A stretch of 40,240 bases of DNA from Sulfurovum sp. (GCA_026983895.1 JALSTF010000200.1:1-40240), one strand, 5' to 3'; shown: positions 27,095 through 36,278, counted from the stretch's first letter. Notes: a model not told the origin generated them from the sequence alone. Made by a program: numbers and translations.

Positions 27095-27460
27095 ATGAAA
27101 AACTTTTTTTACCTTGAAGGTGCCTATCTTATACTCGGAGGGATCATCCTCCTGGTCGCTCTGTTTGTTTCTACCCGGCCATTTATGGCAAAAGGAGCCT
27201 GGAAAAAAGGACTGTTCTGGGTTTCAGTCGTCCTTGCGGTCCTGATAGGGGCCCACTACAAAGTGACAACCAACAGGATGGAAAAGGTGAAAACCGCCTT
27301 TGAAAATGGCAAAACGATCCTTTGCGAAAGCAGAATGCTGCGCAAGGCGGCACAGGTCGTTTATATCAAAAAAGAGAACGACTGGTCCCTGAAAGGAGAT
27401 GATTTTGTCTCTCCGAACTATGCCAGGCCTTTCTTTTCTGCCAGATGTATTGTCAAGTGA
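27095..27460 (+). CDS. Two-TM hypothetical protein with a C-terminal domain carrying two Cys
   Basis: Two hydrophobic helices, then a basic soluble domain (ILCES...SARCIVK); ATG at 27095. Confidence 0.72.
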   Translation: MKNFFYLEGAYLILGGIILLVALFVSTRPFMAKGAWKKGLFWVSVVLAVLIGAHYKVTTNRMEKVKTAFENGKTILCESRMLRKAAQVVYIKKENDWSLKGDDFVSPNYARPFFSARCIVK

Positions 27461-27581
27461 TACATCTGCGATGCATCAGCAAAGCTTTTAACATAGTACA
27501 GTTGTAAGCTTTCATTATTATAACTGCACTATAATTTATACTTAACCTCTTCATCGATTCAAATGCTTTTTCTTCTTTTTC

Positions 27582-27623
27582 TTGATATATGTCAATTGCA
27601 TTTCCGTGCGAAACTGTCATAAT
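27582..27623 (+). promoter_or_regulatory. Crp/Fnr-dependent promoter of the nor-nir operon
   Basis: TTGAT-ATAT-GTCAA (27582-27595), then 22 nt to the CATAAT (27618) of an extended -10 TGtCATAAT. Confidence 0.78.
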
Positions 27624-27682
27624 ACTCCTATGCTCTAGGGTTTTGACCCCTTTAGTAAATAGATATGCGAACAGGAGACATA

Positions 27683-28036
27683 ATGGAACAGATGATAGTC
27701 CGACCGGAGATCGCACTGGATCAATTCTTGCCGATCTTTATAGAGTCTACGCTGGTACTTGTTTTCGGAATAGGGTATGCAGCGATCATCACCCTTTCCA
27801 AAATGGGCTATTTTTCCAAAAAATGGATGCCTGTCGGATATCTGTTTTGGGCATTACAAACTTATTTTCTCTACGATTTTGCCATGCTGATCCAGAGTAA
27901 CCATTTTACGGTAAAAGTATTGATGGTGACGATGGTCGCGTATCTCTTTATCCCGCATCTGTATTTTTATCTGATCAGTGCAGCGGATGAGCGTTACGAA
28001 GACAGTGATGAAATAGTTGAGGATACAAAACAATAG
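27683..28036 (+). CDS. Three-TM NOR-associated membrane protein
   Basis: AGGAG RBS; three TM helices; first gene of the norCB transcript. Confidence 0.8.
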   Translation: MEQMIVRPEIALDQFLPIFIESTLVLVFGIGYAAIITLSKMGYFSKKWMPVGYLFWALQTYFLYDFAMLIQSNHFTVKVLMVTMVAYLFIPHLYFYLISAADERYEDSDEIVEDTKQ

Positions 28037-28069
28037 AGCGGCAGCGTTCTAATACAAAAAGGAGGATAC

Positions 28070-28741
28070 ATGGCTAAGAAAAATGTTTCGGTCTGGACGA
28101 GTGTACCGTTTTGGCGGCGTTCGGCAGCATGGGTAACGGGATTTGCAACAATTCTGCTTATCTGGCTTTCGTTCGATACGCTGGGACAGATATCAATGGG
28201 TACAGATGCAGATCTCAAGAACGGGGTAGACAAAAGAGTACCGGGTCCCACAGTGATCAATTATCATATTGATTATAAAATGAGTAAGAAAAGAGGGCAT
28301 GAAGTACCGGTGATCGGTGAGAAACAACTGTTTTTCGGAAAAGAGTGGAGTGAAAAAGATGCGGCAGCCTTGTTGCGTCTGGGAAAACTTACAGAACAGG
28401 CAAAGAACTGTATGGACTGTCATACACTTTTGGGGAATGGAGCGTACTATGCACCGGATCTGACCAAAGCATGGCTGGACCCAGCATGGCAGAAGGGCGG
28501 CCCTATGCAGGGTATGACAGGGAAAAATACGGTTGAAGAAGCCATGGCAGAATTCCTGCAGCATCCTTCACAGTATCCTACCCATGCGCGTATGATGCCA
28601 AATCTCGGTATTACTGCACAAGAAGCAAAAGGATTGGTCGCTTTCCTTAAGCATATGAGTAGTATCGACACCAACGGTTTCCCAAGAAACTTCTCGAAAA
28701 CTGTTGATCAATTCAAAGCAGGAGGCACAAATGCTCACTAG
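28070..28741 (+). CDS. norC: Nitric oxide reductase cytochrome c subunit
   Basis: N-terminal TM helix; CMDCHTLLGNGAYYAPDLT; RMMPN containing the axial Met. Confidence 0.93.
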   Translation: MAKKNVSVWTSVPFWRRSAAWVTGFATILLIWLSFDTLGQISMGTDADLKNGVDKRVPGPTVINYHIDYKMSKKRGHEVPVIGEKQLFFGKEWSEKDAAALLRLGKLTEQAKNCMDCHTLLGNGAYYAPDLTKAWLDPAWQKGGPMQGMTGKNTVEEAMAEFLQHPSQYPTHARMMPNLGITAQEAKGLVAFLKHMSSIDTNGFPRNFSKTVDQFKAGGTNAH

Positions 28742-30179
28742 TATTAAAACGAATGAATTTGCAAAAAGCAGCAGTAAACAATTGGCAATGATGTACTTTA
28801 GAGTAGCGATCATACTCTTCGGTGCGCAGCTGCTGATGGGACTTATTGCCGCTATCCAGTTTTTGGTTCCGGGGTTCCTGTTTGAACTGTTCGACTTTTC
28901 AGTGGCCAGAATGGTGCATATCAATGCGCTGGTCGTATGGATGCTGTACGCAATGATCGGTTCGGTCTACTTTATGCTTGAAGATGAAACCGGTGTAGAA
29001 GGCGTAGGTATTGGCATTGGTAAATTGGCTTTTTGGGTACTGACTGCAGCTGTTACCGTGGTCGTACTGGTATTCATCTTCGTTCAGGTGGGTGCAGGTA
29101 CAGAAGCTTCTATCTGGTTCATTAACGAAGGTAGAGAGTATCTGGAAGCGCCAAGATGGGCCGATATCGGTATCGTTGTCGTAGTATTGACATTCTATTG
29201 GAATGTATTTGCTACGTATATGAAAGGACAGAAGACAGGGATCATGACCGTTATGGTCGCCAACCTTATGGCATTGGCAGGTCTCTACCTTGCAGGTATG
29301 TTCTTTACGGACAACATCTCCATGGACCAGTTCTGGTGGTGGTGGGTCATACACCTTTGGGTTGAAGCTACCTGGGAAGTATTCGTAGGTACATTGGCTG
29401 CGTATGCACTGATCAAAATCATCAATGCGAAGCGTGAGATCGTCGAAATGTGGCTGTGGATCGAAGTACTGATGCTTTTCGGTTCAGGTATCCTCGGTCT
29501 CGGCCACCACTACTTCTGGATCGGTACACCTGAATACTGGTGGGAGATCGGTGCACTCTTCTCCGCACTCGAGCCTGTTCCATTGGTAGCGATGTTCGTC
29601 CATGTCCTCTATGACTGGGGTAAAGAACAAGGTGCTGCACATGCAGAAGGCAAGCCTGGAGCAGTCGCCAATAACGGTCCTGCAATCGCCTGGATCGTTA
29701 CCAATGCATTCGGTAACTTCCTTGGTGCGGGTGTTTGGGGATTCTTCCATACACTGCCACAGGTAAATATCTATACGCATGGTACACAGTTTACAGCGGC
29801 GCACGGACACCTGGCATTTTTCGGAGCCTATGCAACGATCCTGATCGGAATGATGTATATGGGTGTTCAGTATGCTTCCGGTGTGAAAATGCTGAAATCA
29901 ACGTTCAAGTCAAAAATGGCTATTTTCCTGATCACTTTCGGTGTATTGGGGATGACAGTGGCCCTGACGATCGCAGGATATGAGCAGGTCTTGATCGAAA
30001 GAGCAGAACTGGGCGGCGGATGGCAGGCATTCTTTACTGCACAGGAATTGCCATGGTATATACAGGCACAGATCTGGAGAACCATTATGGGTGTCGTGAC
30101 ATTCGTAGGATTCATCTATCTTGTCTGGGATCTTGTCACAATCGGCAAGCAGGCTAAAACAGCGGAAGCTGCAGCATAA
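28731..30179 (+). CDS. norB: Nitric oxide reductase large subunit (cNOR)
   Basis: RMVHIN, GREYLE, HLWVEATWE, GHHYFWIG, ALEP, HT..QVN..THG, HGHLAFFGAY motifs; GGAGG RBS. Confidence 0.96.
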   Translation: MLTSIKTNEFAKSSSKQLAMMYFRVAIILFGAQLLMGLIAAIQFLVPGFLFELFDFSVARMVHINALVVWMLYAMIGSVYFMLEDETGVEGVGIGIGKLAFWVLTAAVTVVVLVFIFVQVGAGTEASIWFINEGREYLEAPRWADIGIVVVVLTFYWNVFATYMKGQKTGIMTVMVANLMALAGLYLAGMFFTDNISMDQFWWWWVIHLWVEATWEVFVGTLAAYALIKIINAKREIVEMWLWIEVLMLFGSGILGLGHHYFWIGTPEYWWEIGALFSALEPVPLVAMFVHVLYDWGKEQGAAHAEGKPGAVANNGPAIAWIVTNAFGNFLGAGVWGFFHTLPQVNIYTHGTQFTAAHGHLAFFGAYATILIGMMYMGVQYASGVKMLKSTFKSKMAIFLITFGVLGMTVALTIAGYEQVLIERAELGGGWQAFFTAQELPWYIQAQIWRTIMGVVTFVGFIYLVWDLVTIGKQAKTAEAAA

Positions 30180-30182
30180 ACA

Positions 30183-30202
30183 GAGAGGGGTAGAACCCTC
30201 TC
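30183..30202 (+). other. Hairpin after norB
   Basis: GAGAGGG-GTAGAA-CCCTCTC with no U-tract; more likely a stabiliser than a terminator. Confidence 0.5.
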
Positions 30203-30226
30203 CATCTTAATGTAAAGGAGAAACAA

Positions 30227-30379
30227 ATGTTTGAAGCATTTACAGATGTAAATCACAGTTTTTTTGGTTTTCTAAATCAAGGTCCATTAACGCTGACCAT
30301 CTTTTTGCATACGATCATCATCTTACCGATGTTCTGGATCTATTTCAGCGAGAAAAAAAGATTGGAGAATGAGCAGTAG
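30227..30379 (+). CDS. 50-aa single-TM peptide between norB and nirS (absent from ORF track)
   Basis: AAAGGAG RBS 6 nt before ATG; MFEAFTDVNHSFFGFLNQGPLTLTIFLHTIIILPMFWIYFSEKKRLENEQ. Confidence 0.8.
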   Translation: MFEAFTDVNHSFFGFLNQGPLTLTIFLHTIIILPMFWIYFSEKKRLENEQ

Positions 30380-30465
30380 GACTGTTCAAAAAAGTGGGGA
30401 CCTTGGGTAGGTCCTCGATCAAAACGAGAAGTTTTATATTCGACGTTTTTAACAAAGGAGAAAGA

Positions 30466-32223
30466 ATGAAACTCAATAGAATTTTAGGTTTGGCCGCAAT
30501 TACAAGTTTTGCAGCAACAATGGCACTGGCAGGTACATCCAGTATGGATTTTGCAAAAGTGTTTGAGAAAGAGTGTCAGGGATGTCATGGACCGATCCAC
30601 CAGGGTGGTGTCGGATCGGACCTGAGACCAAAAGCATTGAAGAAAAAAAGCAGGGAATTCCTTGCCGAAACGATCCTTAATGGTAGAGAAAATACAGCGA
30701 TGCCGGCATGGGGACATGACGGAGCGAGTATTAAATTCTCAAAAGATGACGCCAGTGGTATGGTCGATTGGCTGATGGACTGGAAGAATACGGTCGAGCT
30801 TAAACTTGATCTTGATAAAGTTAAGCAGACATGGACAAAATTGGCAGATCGTGAAGCATTGGCGAAAAAGTATCCAGTTGATAAAAATGGTAACCTAAAA
30901 TACAAAGGGGCAGAGGTCAAGAATGTGAAAGATATCACTTTCGCAACAGAAAGAGATGCGTCATTGGTCGACTTCATTGATTCTACAACCGGAAAAGTAC
31001 TTTCCCGACATAAAGCAGGGTTTGCGGTGCACGTTACGGTGACGAACAAGCATGAGCCAAGATACGCCTACTCTATTTCACGTTCGGGTAGATTGACAAT
31101 GTTCGATATCGGTGCACCGGGTCAGCCTGCACTTGCATCGGTCCAGGTAGGACAGGAGTCACGTGGTTTGGCGGTCTCTCCTGATGGTAAATATGTCATG
31201 GCTGGAGATTATAACCCAGGTGGTGCAGTCTTGTGTGATGCACATACACTTGAGCCGCTTAAAGCGTATGATACCAGCCGTGTGATCGATCCCGACGGTC
31301 AGATCGGGCCAAGCCGTGTTGCCTACATTGCAGATACGCCGTATGGACCGTATTTCAGTTTTGCACTCAAAGATGCGGGGCATGTCTATATCGTGGATTA
31401 CAGCAAACCTGACTTCCCTATTGTCGGTGATGTACCACAGATCGGTAAAATCCTTCATGACGCATTCCTCAATGAAAATAAGGGTGAAGATTTCGGCCGT
31501 TATGTGATGGTTGCTTCTCAAGGCTCTGACCTGATGGGAATTGTGGATCTCAAGACGAAGAAACTTGCAGCCAAAGTGCATACAGGCAAGAAATCCAAGC
31601 CGCATCCAGGTCAGGGTTCAAGCTGGTTCAACAAAAGACTGGGTAAACAGCTGAATGCAACGAACTCCATGAACTTCGGTTCCGTGGTCATCTGGGAATC
31701 TCCGGGCTGGGATATTGTGAAAAAAGTGAAAACTTCCGGTGGTGGTCTCTTTGTGGGAACAGGTGAACATACACCTTGGATCTGGTCCGACTGTGTCCTG
31801 GGCAAGCCGGATAAGTACAATGAAGTACATTTGATCAACAAAGAGACTTTGGAGACTGACAGAATCATCAAAGTCGGTAAGAAAAAAGGTCAGCTGATCG
31901 ATGCGAAAACAGGAAAAGTGCTTCAGGAATGGGATGCGACACAGCATGAAAAAGTGCCTGTCAATGAAAAAGCATTTGGCAAAGAGAAAGTCCTCCCCAT
32001 GCCAGACCATCTTGGTAAAGCAGTGAAAAAACCTGTACAGCCAAGACTCCTGCATGCTGAACCTGCGAACCACGGTAAGTGGACTATGATCTCAGAGTGG
32101 ACCACAGGCCGTATAGGCATCTATGAGTCCGATACAGGTAAATTTGTCAAGTATATCGAGAATTTGACAACACCTACATTTACTTACTCTGTTGAGCACA
32201 GACAACACATACCTGGCGCTTAA
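30466..32223 (+). CDS. nirS: Cytochrome cd1 nitrite reductase
   Basis: Signal peptide; CQGCH..G.GSDL..TAMPAW c domain; d1 propeller motifs GFAVH, SRVA, LHD, PHPGQG; AAAGGAG RBS. Confidence 0.92.
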   Translation: MKLNRILGLAAITSFAATMALAGTSSMDFAKVFEKECQGCHGPIHQGGVGSDLRPKALKKKSREFLAETILNGRENTAMPAWGHDGASIKFSKDDASGMVDWLMDWKNTVELKLDLDKVKQTWTKLADREALAKKYPVDKNGNLKYKGAEVKNVKDITFATERDASLVDFIDSTTGKVLSRHKAGFAVHVTVTNKHEPRYAYSISRSGRLTMFDIGAPGQPALASVQVGQESRGLAVSPDGKYVMAGDYNPGGAVLCDAHTLEPLKAYDTSRVIDPDGQIGPSRVAYIADTPYGPYFSFALKDAGHVYIVDYSKPDFPIVGDVPQIGKILHDAFLNENKGEDFGRYVMVASQGSDLMGIVDLKTKKLAAKVHTGKKSKPHPGQGSSWFNKRLGKQLNATNSMNFGSVVIWESPGWDIVKKVKTSGGGLFVGTGEHTPWIWSDCVLGKPDKYNEVHLINKETLETDRIIKVGKKKGQLIDAKTGKVLQEWDATQHEKVPVNEKAFGKEKVLPMPDHLGKAVKKPVQPRLLHAEPANHGKWTMISEWTTGRIGIYESDTGKFVKYIENLTTPTFTYSVEHRQHIPGA

Positions 32224-32253
32224 TGTCATGCGCTGCTCTCTCCTTTTTGGAGG

Positions 32254-32299
32254 GGGTGATTTATTGGGATGATCGGCTGATCGTTCCAATAAATTACCC
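32254..32299 (+). other. 21-bp RNA hairpin between nirS and the multiheme cytochrome gene
   Basis: GGGTGATTTATTGGGATGATC-GGCT-GATCGTTCCAATAAATTACCC; all three non-Watson-Crick pairs are G-U on the + strand. Confidence 0.75.
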
Positions 32300-32312
32300 A
32301 GGTGTATAGAGA

Positions 32313-33425
32313 ATGCGTTATATTGTCCTTCCCTTTCTTTTTCTTTTCTTGTGTACTTCCTCCTCTGCCAAATATATGGATAATCACTCCTGCAATGAAT
32401 GTCATGAAAAAATTTATGAGGAGTATCAGACTTCGCACCATTCCAAAGGCTATTTCAGTGATACGCTGCACCGCAAGATAGCAGATAAAGTAAGTATGAA
32501 AAAGTATGACTGCGCTGTCTGCCATATGCCTATGGCGGACAATTTGAATGATCTGGTAACGGGCAAAGCGAGACCGGATAAAAGCAATAAAACCCATACG
32601 GATGCCATTTCCTGTTACTTCTGCCATACCATTGCCTATGTCAGGAAAGCGCACCGGTTCAACATCAATACCAAAGCGCGGCAGGCGGAAAATTACAAAC
32701 CGACCCTCTATGGGAGGCTGAGCAACCCTGACGACAATGACAAGCATTCTTCCGCTTCCAACCCTGTCTATGCCAAAAAAGTGTGTATGGGATGTCATTC
32801 CCACAAGCTTAATGACAATAATGTAACGATCTTCAGGGCAATGGATGAAAAACAGAATAGCCTGGGATGCATCAAGTGCCATATGCCGGAAGTCTCCGGC
32901 GGTGCCGAAAAGATGGATAAACGCACACGCGGGCAGCATGCCAGCCATAGATTTTTGGGTATACATGACAAGGTATTCAGAAAAACAGGTGTGGATATCA
33001 ATGTTTCAGCATCGGGAGAGAGTCTGTCGGTTGTCCTGACCAACAAAATGGAGCATCCGCTGATCATTCAGCCTGCGCGTGCGAAATTCCTGAAAATAGC
33101 GCTCATCAGAAAAGGCAAAGTGGTCTGGCAGAATTTCATCAAGGATCCAAGCGAGGATACGCAGGGATATTTTGCCTACCATTTCAGACAAGGCGGGGGA
33201 AAAGTGATCATCCCCGCCCATGCAACGGAAGGCAGGGTACATAACCTGTATGCAAAAGAGAGCAAAACGCTGCATTACAAGATCCCTGAAAGCAAAAAGG
33301 GCGATATAGTGACCGTCTCTCTCTATGTGCAATTGGCCAAAAGCGACTGTACCAAGGCCATTGACCTGGAAGATGAAAATTTGACCCGGCCGCAGTTGAT
33401 GAAAAAAGTCATTTTAAAGTTATAA
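32313..33425 (+). CDS. Periplasmic pentaheme cytochrome c (c554-like) with C-terminal beta-rich domain
   Basis: Signal peptide; five CxxCH motifs: CNECH, CAVCH, CYFCH, CMGCH, CIKCH. Confidence 0.9.
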   Translation: MRYIVLPFLFLFLCTSSSAKYMDNHSCNECHEKIYEEYQTSHHSKGYFSDTLHRKIADKVSMKKYDCAVCHMPMADNLNDLVTGKARPDKSNKTHTDAISCYFCHTIAYVRKAHRFNINTKARQAENYKPTLYGRLSNPDDNDKHSSASNPVYAKKVCMGCHSHKLNDNNVTIFRAMDEKQNSLGCIKCHMPEVSGGAEKMDKRTRGQHASHRFLGIHDKVFRKTGVDINVSASGESLSVVLTNKMEHPLIIQPARAKFLKIALIRKGKVVWQNFIKDPSEDTQGYFAYHFRQGGGKVIIPAHATEGRVHNLYAKESKTLHYKIPESKKGDIVTVSLYVQLAKSDCTKAIDLEDENLTRPQLMKKVILKL

Positions 33426-33469
33426 AAGAGTACTCTTTTTTATCTGTAGTTGCGAAAGGAACTGTATTT

Positions 33470-34795
33470 ATGGATATCATGATCGCCGGTGCCGGGACTG
33501 TCGGATACTCTCTCGCCCAGACACTCTCCTATCAGCACAATGTCATTGTGATCGACAAAGATATCGACAAACTCAATACTTTGGATGAGGAGATCGATAT
33601 TCTGGTGATGCATGGCGATGTTGAAGATCCCAAAACCTATCGATCTCTCAATTTTGAGAGTGTGGACCTTTTTATAGCGGTAACGGATTCGGATGAAGCC
33701 AATCTTCTGGCTACGCTGATCGTAGAGGATGTCGTTGCCGTCAAAAGAAAGATCATCCGTTTGAAGAATGACAGTTTTCTCAAAAGCCATATTCTGCAAA
33801 AACTTTCGATCGACCATGCCGTGTTCCCGGATATTACCACCGCGAATAAAGTACAGGCACTGTTTGCCTTTCCCAAAGCGAACAATGTAAAAATGTTCCA
33901 TCAGACGACGCACAAGCTGGTTTCCATCAGGGTCCAATACCGCGCCGAAGGGCTCTATCGTGTTGGTGAACTGGTCGGAGAAGATGTCTCCATCGTAGGG
34001 ATAGAGCGGGAAAAAATGTTTTTCATTCCGGAAGAAGAGGCGGAGATCCTTAAAAATGACCTGGTCTATCTTTTTGGAAAGAGTGAAGCGATCGAGAGGA
34101 TCGCTTCTCACTTGGATGAAAAAATGCCTTCTTCCATTCAAAAGATCGTTATTTTCGGTGCCAATACACTGGCGCGCAAGATCGCGAAGGGGCTGATAGA
34201 CAAAAAACTTGAGATCAAAATGATCGAAAAAGATATCGATCACTGCAAAAGAGCTTCTGAACTGCTTCAGGATAAAGTGACCATCATCAATGCCGCCTAT
34301 GAAGACCACCGTCTCTTTGAAGAAGAGGGGCTTAAAAATGCCGATATGATCATTGCCGCTGGACATAATGATGAGCGTAATATCGTCAAATGCATTGAGG
34401 CGCAGGAGTACGGCATACAAAAAGTGGTAGCGATCAACAATGACAAAGCCTATTATAATCTGATGCATAAAATGGGTGTGGTCGTGGTCCGGGGGAGCAA
34501 AGCCGGGGCACATTATGCTATTTTGGAAAACATTGCTTCAAGTTCCATTGTGACCCAGCGGCATTTTTGCGGAGGGAGCGGGATATTGTTCATGCGCAAG
34601 ATCTATCCAAATTCGGAGCTTATAGGCAAAACGATCAAAGCCGGGAAAATACACACTTCCCTGCCTCTGCTTTTGAGAGAAGAGAAGATCCACAGGCTCT
34701 CGGAGACGGCAGCGCTGAAAGAGGGTGATATCATAGTGGTGTTCGGTATGTATGAAGAAAAAGAAGAGATACAACAGTGGATATACACGCTTTAA
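33470..34795 (+). CDS. trkA: Trk potassium uptake regulatory subunit
   Basis: Two RCK domains (IAGAGTVG, AVTDSDEANL; IFGANTLA, DERNI). Confidence 0.9.
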   Translation: MDIMIAGAGTVGYSLAQTLSYQHNVIVIDKDIDKLNTLDEEIDILVMHGDVEDPKTYRSLNFESVDLFIAVTDSDEANLLATLIVEDVVAVKRKIIRLKNDSFLKSHILQKLSIDHAVFPDITTANKVQALFAFPKANNVKMFHQTTHKLVSIRVQYRAEGLYRVGELVGEDVSIVGIEREKMFFIPEEEAEILKNDLVYLFGKSEAIERIASHLDEKMPSSIQKIVIFGANTLARKIAKGLIDKKLEIKMIEKDIDHCKRASELLQDKVTIINAAYEDHRLFEEEGLKNADMIIAAGHNDERNIVKCIEAQEYGIQKVVAINNDKAYYNLMHKMGVVVVRGSKAGAHYAILENIASSSIVTQRHFCGGSGILFMRKIYPNSELIGKTIKAGKIHTSLPLLLREEKIHRLSETAALKEGDIIVVFGMYEEKEEIQQWIYTL

Positions 34796-36231
34796 AAAAT
34801 ATTTTCAAATTTGTTTCTGTCATAGGCATGGCATTGAGTCTTTTTCTCTTCACCGCTATTCTCGTAGGCTGGATATATCATGAGGATATGCAGAAATTTC
34901 TCTATTTTGATGCAGTGCTGTTCGCCCTGAACGGTACGATCTTTATGCTTTTGAGAAAACATACGATGAAATTGAGCATCAAAGGGGGGATCGTTTCCGT
35001 CAACCTCATTTGGATACTTCTGGGTGTAGCAGGAGCGATACCCCTGATCCTCTATACCGGGATCTCTCCGGCAGATGCCTTCTTTGAATCGGTCAGCGGG
35101 TTTACGACAACAGGGGCTACCATATTCACGGATATAGAATCCCTCCCCAAAGCCATACTCTATCTGCGCAGCCTGATGCACTGGCTGGGCGGTATGGGGA
35201 TCATTGTCCTGGGCGTAGGGCTTTTCTCGCTGATCAACCCCAGTGGTTCGATGGCACTTTTCAAGGCGGAATCAACAGGTATCAAAATGGAAAAGATCAC
35301 CCCGAAGGTCAAAGATACCGCGATACGTCTGTGGGGGATCTATGTGCTCTTTACTGTGCTGGATGCTATTGCGCTGAAATGGGCAGGTATGGATCTTTTT
35401 GATGCAGTCAATCATGCTTTTTCCACTATTTCCACCGGAGGCTTTTCGACAAAGAATGCTTCTCTTGGCTATTTTCATTCCAATACGATCATATGGATCA
35501 CGACTTTTTTCATGATCATCTCCGGCATCAACTTCCTGGCACACCTGAAACTCTTTGCCACGGGGAGATTCGACGGATACAAAAGAGAAGAAGTGCTCTG
35601 GTATATGGCGATCTTTGTTGTACTCTCGCTGCTTTTGAGCAGTGTTGATGTCTTTGTCGATTATGACAGCTATTTTCATGCCTTGACCCACTCGTTCTTT
35701 ACCATCGCATCGGTACTGACCACAACGGGGTTCGCTACGCTCGATTATGCACAGTGGGGGCATTTTGCCATTGCCGTGATCTTTGTGGCGATGCTGGTCG
35801 GGGGAAATGCCGGTTCGACGGCGGGCGGTGTGAAGGTGATCCGTTATATCGTACTTTTCAAAACGATCTCGACACAGATGAAAAAGACGCTCCATCCCAA
35901 TGCCATTGTCAATGTATTTATAGACGGGCAGAAGATCTCGTCACAGATCATTGCCTCTACTACGGGGTTTATTCTCCTGTTCGTCATTACCAATATGCTG
36001 GTAACACTCTATCTTTTCGGGCGGGGATTCGATGCCATGACGGCGGTTTCTACGTCATTGGCATGCGTGGGCAATATCGGTCCGGGCTTTTCACTGACCG
36101 GCCCGGCGGAGAATTATGCTTTTTTCAGCAGTCTGGACAAGATGATCCTCTCTTTTTCCATGATCGTCGGGCGACTTGAATTCTATACGGTCTTTTTACT
36201 CTTCAGCAGAAGTTTTTGGAAAAAATTCTGA
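34777..36231 (+). CDS. trkH: Trk potassium uptake membrane subunit
   Basis: FESVSGFTTTGAT, WLGGMGII, STGGFS, TTTGF, GSTAGGVK, GNIGPG, GRLE motifs. Confidence 0.95.
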   Translation: MDIHALKNIFKFVSVIGMALSLFLFTAILVGWIYHEDMQKFLYFDAVLFALNGTIFMLLRKHTMKLSIKGGIVSVNLIWILLGVAGAIPLILYTGISPADAFFESVSGFTTTGATIFTDIESLPKAILYLRSLMHWLGGMGIIVLGVGLFSLINPSGSMALFKAESTGIKMEKITPKVKDTAIRLWGIYVLFTVLDAIALKWAGMDLFDAVNHAFSTISTGGFSTKNASLGYFHSNTIIWITTFFMIISGINFLAHLKLFATGRFDGYKREEVLWYMAIFVVLSLLLSSVDVFVDYDSYFHALTHSFFTIASVLTTTGFATLDYAQWGHFAIAVIFVAMLVGGNAGSTAGGVKVIRYIVLFKTISTQMKKTLHPNAIVNVFIDGQKISSQIIASTTGFILLFVITNMLVTLYLFGRGFDAMTAVSTSLACVGNIGPGFSLTGPAENYAFFSSLDKMILSFSMIVGRLEFYTVFLLFSRSFWKKF

Positions 36232-36235
36232 TCAC

Positions 36236-36278
36236 TTGATACATCTCAACACGCTTATTAGAAAAATTGATGTACAAT
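36236..36278 (+). promoter_or_regulatory. Crp/Fnr-dependent promoter of nirF
   Basis: TTGAT-ACAT-CTCAA (36236-36249), then 23 nt to TACAAT (36273). Confidence 0.72.

Noticed and set aside
30394-30465. GTG-start extension of NirS
   Set aside because: A strong RBS and signal peptide start at ATG 30466.
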